Below are positions 1 through 8,981 of a stretch of 33,662 bases of DNA, piece by piece. The notes below the pieces were generated by a model. It was given only the letters and a program-made list of their open reading frames with translations, was not told the DNA's origin and did no database searches. The stretch covers positions 1 to 33,662 of the forward strand of contig JANPLU010000081.1 of the NCBI GenBank assembly GCA_031422435.1, in the 5' to 3' direction. Source of the stretch: Acaryochloridaceae cyanobacterium VAR_48_metabat_390. GTDB lineage: Bacteria; Cyanobacteriota; Cyanobacteriia; Thermosynechococcales; Thermosynechococcaceae. Numbering within the stretch: position 1 is the stretch's first letter; each line of letters begins with the position of its first letter. A program made the translations under genes and the position numbers.

Positions 1-204
1 CGGCTAGAGCTGAGATCCAAACTGCCCACGCCGCTCTACTGGTATCAGTTTCCAGGCGGTCGAAAGATTTTTTGGAACTGGGTTCTAGTTCGGGACTTTT
101 TGCTGCATGGTGGCAACATTCCAGAACACCAGCGGCTGATAGAGGAGTATCTAGCAACCCTAGAACCTGCCAAAAGCAAAACCCCCAGCCGTGGCGCGGC
201 TTAA
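1..204 (+). CDS. Partial small excisionase-like/DNA-binding protein (5' end outside window)
   Basis: Frame 1 is open from base 1: RLELRSKLPTPLYWYQFPGGRKIFWNWVLVRDFLLHGGNIPEHQRLIEEYLATLEP..., TAA at 202-204, 10 nt before the primase ATG. Resembles small proteins found before primases in cyanobacterial integrated elements. Confidence 0.6.
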   Translation, partial: RLELRSKLPTPLYWYQFPGGRKIFWNWVLVRDFLLHGGNIPEHQRLIEEYLATLEPAKSKTPSRGAA

Positions 205-214
205 GGGGGTCTAG

Positions 215-2542
215 ATGAAAAACTTACAGAATAATTCTAGCCTGAACCCAGCCCACTGGGAACATCTTCTGTCTGAGGGCTTTACCGACACCCAAATCGC
301 TGAGTCAATCATTAAGGTTCAGGGAGTGCGATCGCTTTCTGAACGGGAAGCGCAACAGCTTGGGTTTAAGTGCTGGTCTGGCAAAGACTGGCATACTGGC
401 AGCGGTCTTTACCTGCCCTTTAGAAATGGATTTGGACAACTTAGGCTTGATACCCCTTTCATCCGAGAAAAGGGCAAGCCTACCAAATATTTAACGCCAG
501 TGGGAAAAGGTTCTGAACCTTTTATTCCAAGCGGATGCAAAGTGATCACTGAAGGGCTAAAGGATGCCTTGGCAGGCACCTTGCATGGAGGTGTTCCTAC
601 AGGTGCAATTGCTGGGGTTAGCCACTACCGCAAGACGCTCAACCCTGGTATTGGACACATTATTTTATTTGATGCCGATGGGTGGGATAACCCTCAGGTT
701 TTTGCTCAGCTCATTCACGCTGGGAAATGGTGCAATGGTCGGGTTGTATTGCTGCCAAAAATCGAAGGACAGCCCCATGCTGGGTTGTGCGAATACTTTA
801 AAGCTGGGTATACGGCTGAAGACTACCAAAAACTTTTGGAATCAGCACAGCGTCCTGAGGATTTACTTCAGGAGTGGCCGGAACACTGGAACGTCGGAAC
901 ACCTTCCTCAAAGATCGTCAGACTTGCCGAAATAGCCGTTAAGCTGGCGACCTTATACCTTTCAGAGTCTGAAGCTGAGGCTTTTACTCGAAGACTTGTG
1001 GATTCTCACAAGACAGCAGGTATAAGGGTTCGCAGCCTTGAGAAATCCGTAAAACCGTTAAAGCAGCGTCAAGACCGGAAAGAGAAAGAGCTTACTCAAA
1101 CAACTTTCCAGAAAGAATACGCTTTGCTGAAGGTGAAGTTTGGGGAACGAATGCGGTTTAATTTGCTAACCAACGCAATTGAACTTGATGGAGTTCCATT
1201 CAAGGCTGAAGATGCGAAGGTCGTTTTTTCATTGGATCATGGCTTGCCCCTTCGTGGCGGCTGTGATGACTTGATTAAATCAGTCCTGAAAATTGCTAAA
1301 CCGCTTGCATATCATCCGGTTCAAGACTACTTGAATCAAGTCTGGAACACCTGGCGCAGTCAGTTAGACCTAGGAAGTTTTTTAGAAAATGCTGCTGTCA
1401 CTTATCTGGGGAATGAAGACCCTATGGCAAGCATTTTCCTCAAGAAAAGCTTGATTTGTGCCGTAGCAAGAGCCTTAAGGCCAGGATGTAAGGTTGACAC
1501 AGCAACCGTTCTTGCTGGCGCTCAAGGCTTGGGTAAGTCTCAGTTTTGGAAAACTCTGGCTTCGCCGGATTGGTTTTGTGATGACTTTAATGACATCGAC
1601 AATAAAGACCACCTCCTAAAGCTTCATGAGGCTTGGATTATTGAGTGGCCTGAGCTACATGGACTCAGCCGTAAGGAAGCAACCCGTGTCAAAGCGTTCA
1701 TGACAACAGCGCGCGAACGCCTTCGCAAGCCCTATGCGAGAGAAGCTGACTGGATGGATCGCCCGTCAATTATTGTTGGCTCATCCAATGACAGCGAATT
1801 CTTAACTGATTCAACAGGGAACCGCAGATGGTGGGTGATTGAACTCAAGACAAAAATCAACATCAATAAGGTTGCTCACGAGCGTGATCAGATTTGGGCT
1901 GCGGCTGTTGAGCTATACCGCAGGAATGAACCGTGGTGGTTATCTGATGTTCAAGAGACAGCCGCTGATGGTATTCGCAAGCAATACCAGGTTGTTGATG
2001 CTTGGCATGAGGCAATCGCTGCATACCTGGAAGGGAAGCCTCAGGTATCGGTCAGTGAAATTTTAAGCGAAGTTTTGAAAATTGAGGTTGGACGTTGGGA
2101 CAACGCCATGAACTCACGGGTTGGCGCTGTCTTAAAGCGCTGCGACTGGGAACCAGCATCAAGTCCACGAATGCATTGGTTTGGGGCAAAAAAGCAAAGG
2201 GTCTGGCAGCCGCGATCCAAACCCTACGATATTAAACTTTCTGAGCCTCAAAAAAATGCCGTTCCAGCTGTTCCAGTGTTCCATGAACGCCAGAACCAAG
2301 ATACAGAGGCTAATACAGACCGGAACGGTAGTGGAACGCCAGCCATTTCAGATGCCGTTCCAGCCGTTCTGACGGAACACCGGAACGGCAATGGAACGCT
2401 AGCCGGAACGGCAGGCGTTCCGGTTGAAATGATTTCACCGAAAGAAGTTCAGCCACTACGGAACGCTGGAACGGCTGGAACGCCTATTTCTGAAAGGGCA
2501 GAGATTAGAGATAAAAAACTGGAGGTGTTAGATGAGTTCTAA
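215..2542 (+). CDS. Primase-helicase replication protein (N-terminal Toprim/DUF3854-like primase + VirE/VapE-family P-loop ATPase)
   Basis: Toprim-like ITEGLKDA...AGV...ILFDAD; Walker A GAQGLGKS; WIIEWPEL; RKPYAR and FLTDSTGNRRWW motifs typical of VirE-family helicases. Confidence 0.85.
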   Translation: MKNLQNNSSLNPAHWEHLLSEGFTDTQIAESIIKVQGVRSLSEREAQQLGFKCWSGKDWHTGSGLYLPFRNGFGQLRLDTPFIREKGKPTKYLTPVGKGSEPFIPSGCKVITEGLKDALAGTLHGGVPTGAIAGVSHYRKTLNPGIGHIILFDADGWDNPQVFAQLIHAGKWCNGRVVLLPKIEGQPHAGLCEYFKAGYTAEDYQKLLESAQRPEDLLQEWPEHWNVGTPSSKIVRLAEIAVKLATLYLSESEAEAFTRRLVDSHKTAGIRVRSLEKSVKPLKQRQDRKEKELTQTTFQKEYALLKVKFGERMRFNLLTNAIELDGVPFKAEDAKVVFSLDHGLPLRGGCDDLIKSVLKIAKPLAYHPVQDYLNQVWNTWRSQLDLGSFLENAAVTYLGNEDPMASIFLKKSLICAVARALRPGCKVDTATVLAGAQGLGKSQFWKTLASPDWFCDDFNDIDNKDHLLKLHEAWIIEWPELHGLSRKEATRVKAFMTTARERLRKPYAREADWMDRPSIIVGSSNDSEFLTDSTGNRRWWVIELKTKININKVAHERDQIWAAAVELYRRNEPWWLSDVQETAADGIRKQYQVVDAWHEAIAAYLEGKPQVSVSEILSEVLKIEVGRWDNAMNSRVGAVLKRCDWEPASSPRMHWFGAKKQRVWQPRSKPYDIKLSEPQKNAVPAVPVFHERQNQDTEANTDRNGSGTPAISDAVPAVLTEHRNGNGTLAGTAGVPVEMISPKEVQPLRNAGTAGTPISERAEIRDKKLEVLDEF
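2258..2484. repeat. Iteron-like GGAAC/GTTCC repeat cluster, putative replication origin inside the primase 3' end
   Basis: About 14 GGAAC or GTTCC pentamers in ~225 bp; outer clusters 2258-2282 and 2460-2484 form a 25-bp inverted repeat (22/25 match). Confidence 0.65.
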
Positions 2543-2885
2543 CCCCCCTATCGGTGCGATCGCCTACGGTCGGTCTGGGGTTGCTTGCCTTGTCACTGAA
2601 CGAGAAGCGGATCGCCTTGCCCTGCAATTCCCAGACGGAAAGGTGAAGTATGTCACCCTTGATTCTGTGGTGCGCTGGCAGATGCCACAGCCACTCAAAC
2701 CAGGCGATCGCGCATTAATCATCAGCACCACAGCAACAGGCACCGTCGCTCATTTTGACAATGAGTTGGGCATTAGGCTCATCAACATTGAAGGACTGTA
2801 TGACCCCTTAACAGGCTACAAGGTCTTCTCTCAATGGTTTGACCCGTTAACCCTATGTTGTGCAATGCAGGAAAACGCGGCATGA
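2532..2885 (+). CDS. Hypothetical protein
   Basis: GGAGG RBS upstream; overlaps the primase stop; operon context. Confidence 0.65.
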   Translation: MSSNPPIGAIAYGRSGVACLVTEREADRLALQFPDGKVKYVTLDSVVRWQMPQPLKPGDRALIISTTATGTVAHFDNELGIRLINIEGLYDPLTGYKVFSQWFDPLTLCCAMQENAA

Positions 2886-3133
2886 AGAAAACCCACTGCG
2901 ATCGCCCCCAACAGCCCACTAAAACATTAAGCCTGTGGTTCAGACACCTAAACCTGAACCCTCAACAGCTTCAGGACATTGGTATGCAATTTAGTCGTGA
3001 ATACTTCCGGCTCTATGGGCAGCCACCTTATAAACGCCATGGAATCAACGTCTACACAGATCAAAACCTGCTGACCATCCGCATAGAGCGCATTCGAGTG
3101 AGAGACCATTACCAAAGGACAGCCCATGACTGA
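2882..3133 (+). CDS. Hypothetical protein
   Basis: ATGA overlap with the previous stop gives the start MKKTHCDR at 2882; coupled to the next ORF. Confidence 0.55.
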   Translation: MKKTHCDRPQQPTKTLSLWFRHLNLNPQQLQDIGMQFSREYFRLYGQPPYKRHGINVYTDQNLLTIRIERIRVRDHYQRTAHD

Positions 3134-3335
3134 AATACCTGGACGATACTACCCAGCCCGTCAAACAGAACAAAAGCAACAGCTCTACAAAGAGTGTGTC
3201 CGCTTGCTGAACCAGCTCCAGCGCAGTGCCCACGGCATCAAACTGCTGACCTTGGCGCGTAATGCCCTCAAGACCTACGCAGGCTACAAGACCCGACTAA
3301 GGCAGCATGAGAGGCAACAAGATGAGACGTTCTAA
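3126..3335 (+). CDS. Hypothetical small helical protein
   Basis: AAGGA RBS; overlaps the previous ORF; last gene of the replication operon. Confidence 0.6.
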   Translation: MTEIPGRYYPARQTEQKQQLYKECVRLLNQLQRSAHGIKLLTLARNALKTYAGYKTRLRQHERQQDETF

Positions 3336-3526
3336 GAAAACTTGAAAGGTACTGGTTGGGAATGAGCCAAGTGCGAGGTAAATACCGGAATTCCCCAACT
3401 AGATATCAAAAAAAAATTGATGGATGCCGCCACCGTTCGCCACCTATGGATTTTGGCAATCCCATAGAAATCAGCTATTAGCGCGTATCAGGCCATGCTG
3501 AATTCATAGAAAATACCGAGGAAAAA

Positions 3527-6352
3527 ATGGCAATCCAAAACCTTCAAATAAAATTCAGCACAGACGGCTTAGCAGAAGTCAAAGCCGCTGTAAATTCTGC
3601 AAAACAAGCCTATCTCGACTTTCTTAATAGGGTCTCTGCCGCTCAGACAGCATCCAACGAAGCTGTGCAGAAGTATGAGAAAGCTAGACAGGAGGCCAGC
3701 AGCGCCGCCAATCGACGTATTGAAGCCTCTTATCAAGTTTTAAAGGGGCAAGTCATAGCCAATACCTTTGAAATGAGAAAGGTTGCTATCGAGAACTTTG
3801 AAGCCATCAAAGCCAGTGGCGTTACCAGCGCCGTAGGGATTGCTCAGGCTTATTCTGATTTAACCAAGAGCCTCAAAGCTCTGGATGCCCAATTTAAAGT
3901 GACAGGTAGCCTTGCTGAACAAACGAGCCAGCGGGTTGTGTTAGCCTCCACTGCTTCAACTTCAGGGGGTATCCGTTTGGTGAGTGACGTACCTGCTGGT
4001 TATGTTGGCGTACCTGTTTCTGGTAAGACTTCTACGCCAACTTATGACATCCCCCCTAACACAGATCGTGACCCATTCGCCTTTGCCCCGGGCGTTAAAA
4101 TCCCTCAAGCTGCAACCCCTAAAACCCTGCTGGGCATCACTGGCAACACAGGCCGCAGCAGTGGACCACATTTGGATGTGAGATACAGCAGAGCTTATAA
4201 CCCAAATCGTCCAAGGGTTTCAGATGAAGTGCTAAATCGTCTGATGGTCGATGATAAGCCCTTAACCAGCTATCCCATCACTTCAGAACATCGGTCTAGG
4301 AATAGCGGTAGACCTACTCATGACGGGGTGGACTATGGCACCCCAGTAGGGGGCAAGATTACGACTAAAGTCCCAGTGGTCTATCGCTCTAAACCCGAAT
4401 GGGATAACGGCGGCGGTGGCTGGATAACAACCGTTCGCTTTGCCGACGGCGTAGAGATAGTGCTGCTGCATCAAGACCCATCGGTGCAAGAGCAGATTAA
4501 AAAAGCAGAAGGCGGTAGAACTGCCTCCACCTATCAGACCCAAGAAAACCAAGCTCAGAAAGAGGAAAACGAAGCGCGCAAAATCATAGAACAAACCCGT
4601 CGCCGTGCGGATGAGCGCCGCCAGCAGGTCAATGAGCAGCAGCGCTTAGCCCTTGAAGATAAACAGAAAACCGAGGTCTTAAAACAAGAGCAGGCGATCG
4701 CCACCATGCCCCCTGGCGGACGCAAAGAAACCGCTGAACTGCTGCTGAAGGTGACACAGAAAGAGAATCAGTACGCCCTAGAGCGGCTCCAGATTGAGCA
4801 GACCATCGCCCAACTGAAAGAGGAGCGTACCCGGAAACTAGAAGACCAGGGCACAGGGGAAACACCCAGCGGTGACTATACCTCTGGGCGTAGGCTGACC
4901 CGCAAACTTGATGGCAAAACCCCATCGGGTTATTTAGGAGGCAGAGACTATGCCAGTGCGATCGCCTCTTTAGAAAAGCGCAAAAGCTTACTGGAGGAGA
5001 ACCTGTTTGCCGAGCAGAAAATTCTTGCCGGAGAATTTGAGCAAAAACTCTCCGCCGAATCTGTGAAGCTGACTGAACGTCTAGAAACGACTGCCAAAGC
5101 AGTAGAAACCCTTGGACAGAAGTTTGCAGACGATACGCCTGAGAACCGAATGAAAGAGGCGGTTGCTGGTGTATCTAAAGAATTTGATAGCCAGACCAAA
5201 ACCCTGGATGAGGTGAAGAAGCAGCTCAATGAACAAGTGCAGGCAAAACTAGCCCTGAATTGGAGCACAGCCAAAGAGATGGAACAGCTTAAGCAGTTGG
5301 AGGCGCTGTACCAATCTCTTAACCAGACAAAAGCTAAAGCCGTGCAGGGCAAACGACAGGAAGTTCAATCTGTAGAGCAGCAGAAAGCGCTACAACGCAC
5401 CTTAGAGCTGACCCAACTCCAAGGGCAAATTAAACAGGCGCAGGCCAGCCAGCTTGAAAGTGTGGGCAACTTCAAAGAAGCGAATGCGCTCCGCCGTGAT
5501 GTAGCCGTATCTGAAGCTCTGGCACAACAGGCCGTGACCATGAATCAACTGAAAACCCAAAAGGCGATCGCTACTGACCCTGCTGCGATCGCTTACCTTG
5601 ATGCCCTGATTGAACGCACACAGCGCCTGAATAGATTACAGCTAAGCCACATTTATCAGCAGTACGACCTTTTGCAGCAGCGTTTAAGCACCATTTCTGA
5701 GGGCGTGGGCAGCGCAGTATCCGACGGCCTTAGCAACCTATTCAACACCCTACTAGATGGCACTAAAAGCTTTGGGGATGCCGTGCTGAGTACCCTGGGC
5801 GGCATCTTCAAAAGCATTAGTCAGATGTTTTTGCAGATGGCGATGCAAATGCTTCAAAGCTCAATCACTAAGGGATTGGGTAATTTGCTTGGAAGTTTGT
5901 TTGGCGGTCTTGGCGGCGCTGCTGCGACTGGATTTGGAGGTGGTGCACCTGGGCTTTTGTTTGGTCCTGGTTTTGCCTCAGGCGGCTACACAGGCAGGGG
6001 CGGCAAATACCAACCCGCTGGCATCGTCCATGCTGGCGAATACGTGGTGCGCTCCGAAGCGGTCAAGGCCGTAGGGCTACAGCGACTGAATGCCCTTAAT
6101 GCGATCGCAGGTTATGCAGACGGCGGCTATGTTTCCGATATGTTCAGCACAATAGGGTCAAACATTGCTTCAGGCCGTGGCAGTATGAGCACCCTCAGCA
6201 CGGCACGGGCAAAGAACGGCAGCGGGGGTGGCTCTACGCTGGTAGCAAACATTAATGTGACCACGCCTAACCCTGATGGGTTTAGACCGTCCGAACGGCA
6301 GCTAGGGCAGGCATTTTCTAATCAGGTGCAGCGGGGGATGGGGAGAAAGTAA
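3527..6352 (+). CDS. Phage tail tape-measure-like protein with internal M23-like peptidase domain
   Basis: Long Q/E/K/A coiled-coil; Gly-rich amphipathic segment; lambda-type TMP C-terminal motif FASGGYTGRGGKYQPAGIVHAGEYVV; M23 motifs GNTGRSSGPHLD and HDGVDYGTPVG; GAGG RBS. Confidence 0.8.
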   Translation: MAIQNLQIKFSTDGLAEVKAAVNSAKQAYLDFLNRVSAAQTASNEAVQKYEKARQEASSAANRRIEASYQVLKGQVIANTFEMRKVAIENFEAIKASGVTSAVGIAQAYSDLTKSLKALDAQFKVTGSLAEQTSQRVVLASTASTSGGIRLVSDVPAGYVGVPVSGKTSTPTYDIPPNTDRDPFAFAPGVKIPQAATPKTLLGITGNTGRSSGPHLDVRYSRAYNPNRPRVSDEVLNRLMVDDKPLTSYPITSEHRSRNSGRPTHDGVDYGTPVGGKITTKVPVVYRSKPEWDNGGGGWITTVRFADGVEIVLLHQDPSVQEQIKKAEGGRTASTYQTQENQAQKEENEARKIIEQTRRRADERRQQVNEQQRLALEDKQKTEVLKQEQAIATMPPGGRKETAELLLKVTQKENQYALERLQIEQTIAQLKEERTRKLEDQGTGETPSGDYTSGRRLTRKLDGKTPSGYLGGRDYASAIASLEKRKSLLEENLFAEQKILAGEFEQKLSAESVKLTERLETTAKAVETLGQKFADDTPENRMKEAVAGVSKEFDSQTKTLDEVKKQLNEQVQAKLALNWSTAKEMEQLKQLEALYQSLNQTKAKAVQGKRQEVQSVEQQKALQRTLELTQLQGQIKQAQASQLESVGNFKEANALRRDVAVSEALAQQAVTMNQLKTQKAIATDPAAIAYLDALIERTQRLNRLQLSHIYQQYDLLQQRLSTISEGVGSAVSDGLSNLFNTLLDGTKSFGDAVLSTLGGIFKSISQMFLQMAMQMLQSSITKGLGNLLGSLFGGLGGAAATGFGGGAPGLLFGPGFASGGYTGRGGKYQPAGIVHAGEYVVRSEAVKAVGLQRLNALNAIAGYADGGYVSDMFSTIGSNIASGRGSMSTLSTARAKNGSGGGSTLVANINVTTPNPDGFRPSERQLGQAFSNQVQRGMGRK

Positions 6353-6364
6353 GTTTAGCCAAAG

Positions 6365-6401
6365 AAAAGCCCCTGCTAGATATCTTCTAGCAGGGGCTTT
6401 T
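6365..6401. terminator. Bidirectional intrinsic terminator
   Basis: Perfect 16-bp inverted repeat aaaagcccctgctaga/tctagcaggggctttt between convergent genes. Confidence 0.85.
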
Positions 6402-6416
6402 GATTCGGATTTTTAG

Positions 6417-6632
6417 TTAAAGCACCACTCCTAAATCTTTAAGTATGTTGCCAACATTAATCACTAAGCGCCGTCTCTCTTGACCGTTGCCTATGTCCCG
6501 ATAATGGCGGTTTTTCTTTAAGGTGCCGTCATTTATTTTGTTGCGTATTGAGTTTTCGCTAAAAGTTGGAATGCCTATTTCTTTAAAGAAAGCAGCGGCT
6601 TTTTTAGGTGTTGTTAATAGTGGTATTTTCAT
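6417..6632 (-). CDS. Small HTH/excisionase-like DNA-binding protein
   Basis: 71 aa, basic; TPKKAAAFF...SENSIRNKINDG...RHYRD pattern of MerR/Xis-like winged HTH. Confidence 0.6.
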   Translation of the reverse strand: MKIPLLTTPKKAAAFFKEIGIPTFSENSIRNKINDGTLKKNRHYRDIGNGQERRRLVINVGNILKDLGVVL

Positions 6633-7120
6633 GTCTCTGTAACTAACTGCTCCGCAAATCTTAAAGTGAACCAGCTTTTACCTCCTTTTGTAGCCTCAAG
6701 CAAGGTATTGAAATAAAGATTTTTTTCTGGTCTAAGCACTTGGAAATTATTGAGCACTATTTTGAAGGTGAAGCCCTGAGAGTGGAGGACTGGAACTACG
6801 ATGCCTCTCTTCTCAGGATTTAGCCAATCGCTTGAGTCAGGGCAAGTACAGGTTGTAGCGCGAAACCAGAATACGTGTGGAAGTTGGGAACCTTTTTGAG
6901 CTTCTTTGAAATGAACGTCATTATTGAAACCGTCAGGGTTTTTAAGCTTTTCAATGACTTGCGATAAGTCTGATTCTAAATCCATGCAACATATTGAAAA
7001 AGCATCAGATAGACCTATGTATTCTTCGGCTCCTTTCAGCGCATGAGAAAGGATTTCTGCTTTTCTTTTGATGTGGTACAAAGTATCGTGGGGATGTTCC
7101 GAATGCACTGATACAGTCAT
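6629..7120 (-). CDS. Hypothetical protein
   Basis: 163-aa ORF, GAGG RBS, ATGA overlap with the downstream gene. Confidence 0.6.
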   Translation of the reverse strand: MTVSVHSEHPHDTLYHIKRKAEILSHALKGAEEYIGLSDAFSICCMDLESDLSQVIEKLKNPDGFNNDVHFKEAQKGSQLPHVFWFRATTCTCPDSSDWLNPEKRGIVVPVLHSQGFTFKIVLNNFQVLRPEKNLYFNTLLEATKGGKSWFTLRFAEQLVTET

Positions 7121-7168
7121 TTGATTTGAACCTCATAAATAGTATTTGCCGTCTGCTAGAGCCTGAGA

Positions 7169-7417
7169 TTAGGTCGGCGGACTTTTCTCAATCCATGATG
7201 GAATGTAGCCTCCAGGCCATCGCCAATAGTGGGGAAAAGATTCCGCAACAATGCCTTTGTATATAAGCACTGGGGTTCCTAATGGATAGCCTAAGTCCCT
7301 AAAGCCCTTCCAAGGCACATAAATAAAGCCTTCTTTGCTTAAAACCATCCCTCCATCCCTAAAGCAGCCAACAAACAAGCCATTGGGGCAGAACAAAGGA
7401 GATTTTGGGTTATTCAT
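7169..7417 (-). CDS. Hypothetical protein
   Basis: ATGA-coupled to the upstream gene in the minus-strand operon. Confidence 0.5.
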   Translation of the reverse strand: MNNPKSPLFCPNGLFVGCFRDGGMVLSKEGFIYVPWKGFRDLGYPLGTPVLIYKGIVAESFPHYWRWPGGYIPSWIEKSPPT

Positions 7418-7764
7418 GCCGCCACTCTGACTTCAGCCTGAGAAATGCGATCGCGTACCTGCAACTTCAGCACCGAAAACTGAGCGCGATAGAACGCCAA
7501 ATCAATTTCCAGCTCTGCCTTACGATCACCCATCCGCACCGCCATAGACATAGCCGACCCGTATCGCTTATCTAAAGCCAGCAGCTCTAACCGCTTCGCC
7601 TTACGCTGGGCATCATTCTTAAGCTCAGCATCAAAGGCGATCGCCCGTTCTGCCTGATTAACTGCACCGTTTATCGCCTCCTGCACCCGCCGCAGGTCGC
7701 GCACGAGCCTCAATAGCTCCTTCTCAACCTCAGCAATCGCCCTGGGATACTCTGATAACTTCAT
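7414..7764 (-). CDS. Cyanobacterial mobile-element coiled-coil hypothetical protein
   Basis: MKLSEYPRAIA...IAFDAELKNDAQRKAKR pattern seen in cyanobacterial plasmids/prophages; AAGG RBS supports the start at 7764. Confidence 0.75.
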   Translation of the reverse strand: MKLSEYPRAIAEVEKELLRLVRDLRRVQEAINGAVNQAERAIAFDAELKNDAQRKAKRLELLALDKRYGSAMSMAVRMGDRKAELEIDLAFYRAQFSVLKLQVRDRISQAEVRVAA

Positions 7765-7793
7765 GACCAATACCTTTATAAATGATGAGTAGT

Positions 7794-7816
7794 AAAAGGG
7801 CGGCAAGACACCGCCC
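7794..7816 (-). terminator. Intrinsic terminator-like hairpin
   Basis: gggcgg/ccgccc stem followed on the minus strand by TTTT, just after the 7824-8033 gene. Confidence 0.5.
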
Positions 7817-7823
7817 CAAACAA

Positions 7824-8033
7824 TTAGCCGCTTAGATTAGCCCCATAAAGCCCTACGACAGAACACCAAACATTTTTGAGAGCCTGGTACCGCCGAGCCA
7901 GCTCAGTGGGGTCATCAGACTGACCGCCATCGGCTAAATCGAGAAAACCATTAAGGCGATCGCTTAGTGCTGACAAATCGCCCACTAAATTAGGGCTTAG
8001 AGCCACCGTAGGACGTGTGATAACCTGTGACAT
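7824..8033 (-). CDS. Hypothetical protein
   Basis: AGGAG RBS upstream on the minus strand; first gene of the leftward operon. Confidence 0.65.
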   Translation of the reverse strand: MSQVITRPTVALSPNLVGDLSALSDRLNGFLDLADGGQSDDPTELARRYQALKNVWCSVVGLYGANLSG

Positions 8034-8063
8034 GAGGACTCCTGTTTTGTGAGTTTAAGAAGC

Positions 8064-8100
8064 AAAGAGCGCTTAATGGTTGGATGCCTAGGCGCTCTTT
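8064..8100. promoter_or_regulatory. Leader hairpin upstream of the leftward operon
   Basis: aaagagcgc/gcgctcttt stem extended by 3 bp, in the 5' region of the 8033 gene; function unknown. Confidence 0.4.
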
Positions 8101-8237
8101 TGTTGTATCTGTACCCCTTAATTATAGCCAGTATACGACTAATAGGCAATAGATTTTGTCATGATTTATGTAAATTATTGTTACCTTGATTTGCGAGTAG
8201 ACAAGTTATACTGAGGCGGTAGAGAGCAAGGAATAAC

Positions 8238-8432
8238 ATGGCTAGACCAGGCGGCAACCCCGATATCGGGAAATATGCCTTTGTACCAGCGGGTGAGGAA
8301 TCATTGAGTGTGCAGCTGCAGGTACGGATTACTGAGAGCCAGAATGTACGGCTGAAGCAGATACCCAAATGGCAAGAATTTGTGAGAAGTGCGATCGCTG
8401 AAAAACTGGAGCGTGAAAGCCCCAAACAATAA
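8238..8432 (+). CDS. Small ribbon-helix-helix-like regulator (RPGGNPD type), copy 1
   Basis: Beta-strand pattern LQVRIT followed by two helices (WQEFVRSAIAEKL); AAGGA RBS; paralog at 11477-11671. Confidence 0.75.
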   Translation: MARPGGNPDIGKYAFVPAGEESLSVQLQVRITESQNVRLKQIPKWQEFVRSAIAEKLERESPKQ

Positions 8433-8484
8433 GCGCGTATACTTGCAAATAAGCTATAATAGTAGGTAGTAATGAGACTACCCT

Positions 8485-8945
8485 ATGAGCGTAATTGCAG
8501 TAACAGGCCCACGCCGACTAAGCCGAGCCGAGCATGAACAAGCCTTGGCAGACCTAAAGTGCTTGAGAACGTGTGAACGATGGCTAGTAGGCGATGCCCC
8601 TGGGCTGGATGAATTGGCACGGCTGGTATGCCAGGGCGAAGCGCTGCATACCAGCCGTGCCAAGTAAAGCCCCAGCTACCAGGGCGCGCCCGATATGCCG
8701 AGCGAAGCACCCGTATGGTGAGAGCGCTGGCGCAAGTGAGAGGAACCCTACACGCATGGCCTAATAAACCAGCACCCCCAGACCTACGCCCTAGCCGAAA
8801 CTGGCCTAAAGGTGCCCAAGGCAGCGGCACATGGGGAACGATAGCCCTAGCCGTGGGGTTGGAGCTGAATGTAGAGCTGCACCCATTAATGAATGACCTG
8901 CGGCTGCCAGAGTGGGTAGAAACCCGACAGATAGCCTTGCTGTAG
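8485..8945 (+). pseudogene. Frameshifted SLOG-superfamily (Smf/DprA-LOG fold) protein
   Basis: 8485-8667 gives IAVTGPR and VGDAPGLD; the overlapping frame ending at 8945 gives YAERS and GSGTWGTI. Joined across a frameshift near 8645-8665 they form the SLOG motif order. Confidence 0.65.
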
Positions 8946-8981
8946 AGCGCAAAAGGGTAAGCCCCTAACCAGGGCACCCTT

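Noticed and set aside
4860..4950. Short internal duplication TPSGDY...GRR / TPSGY...GRD in the TMP
   Set aside because: Only two degenerate units; cannot support a function.
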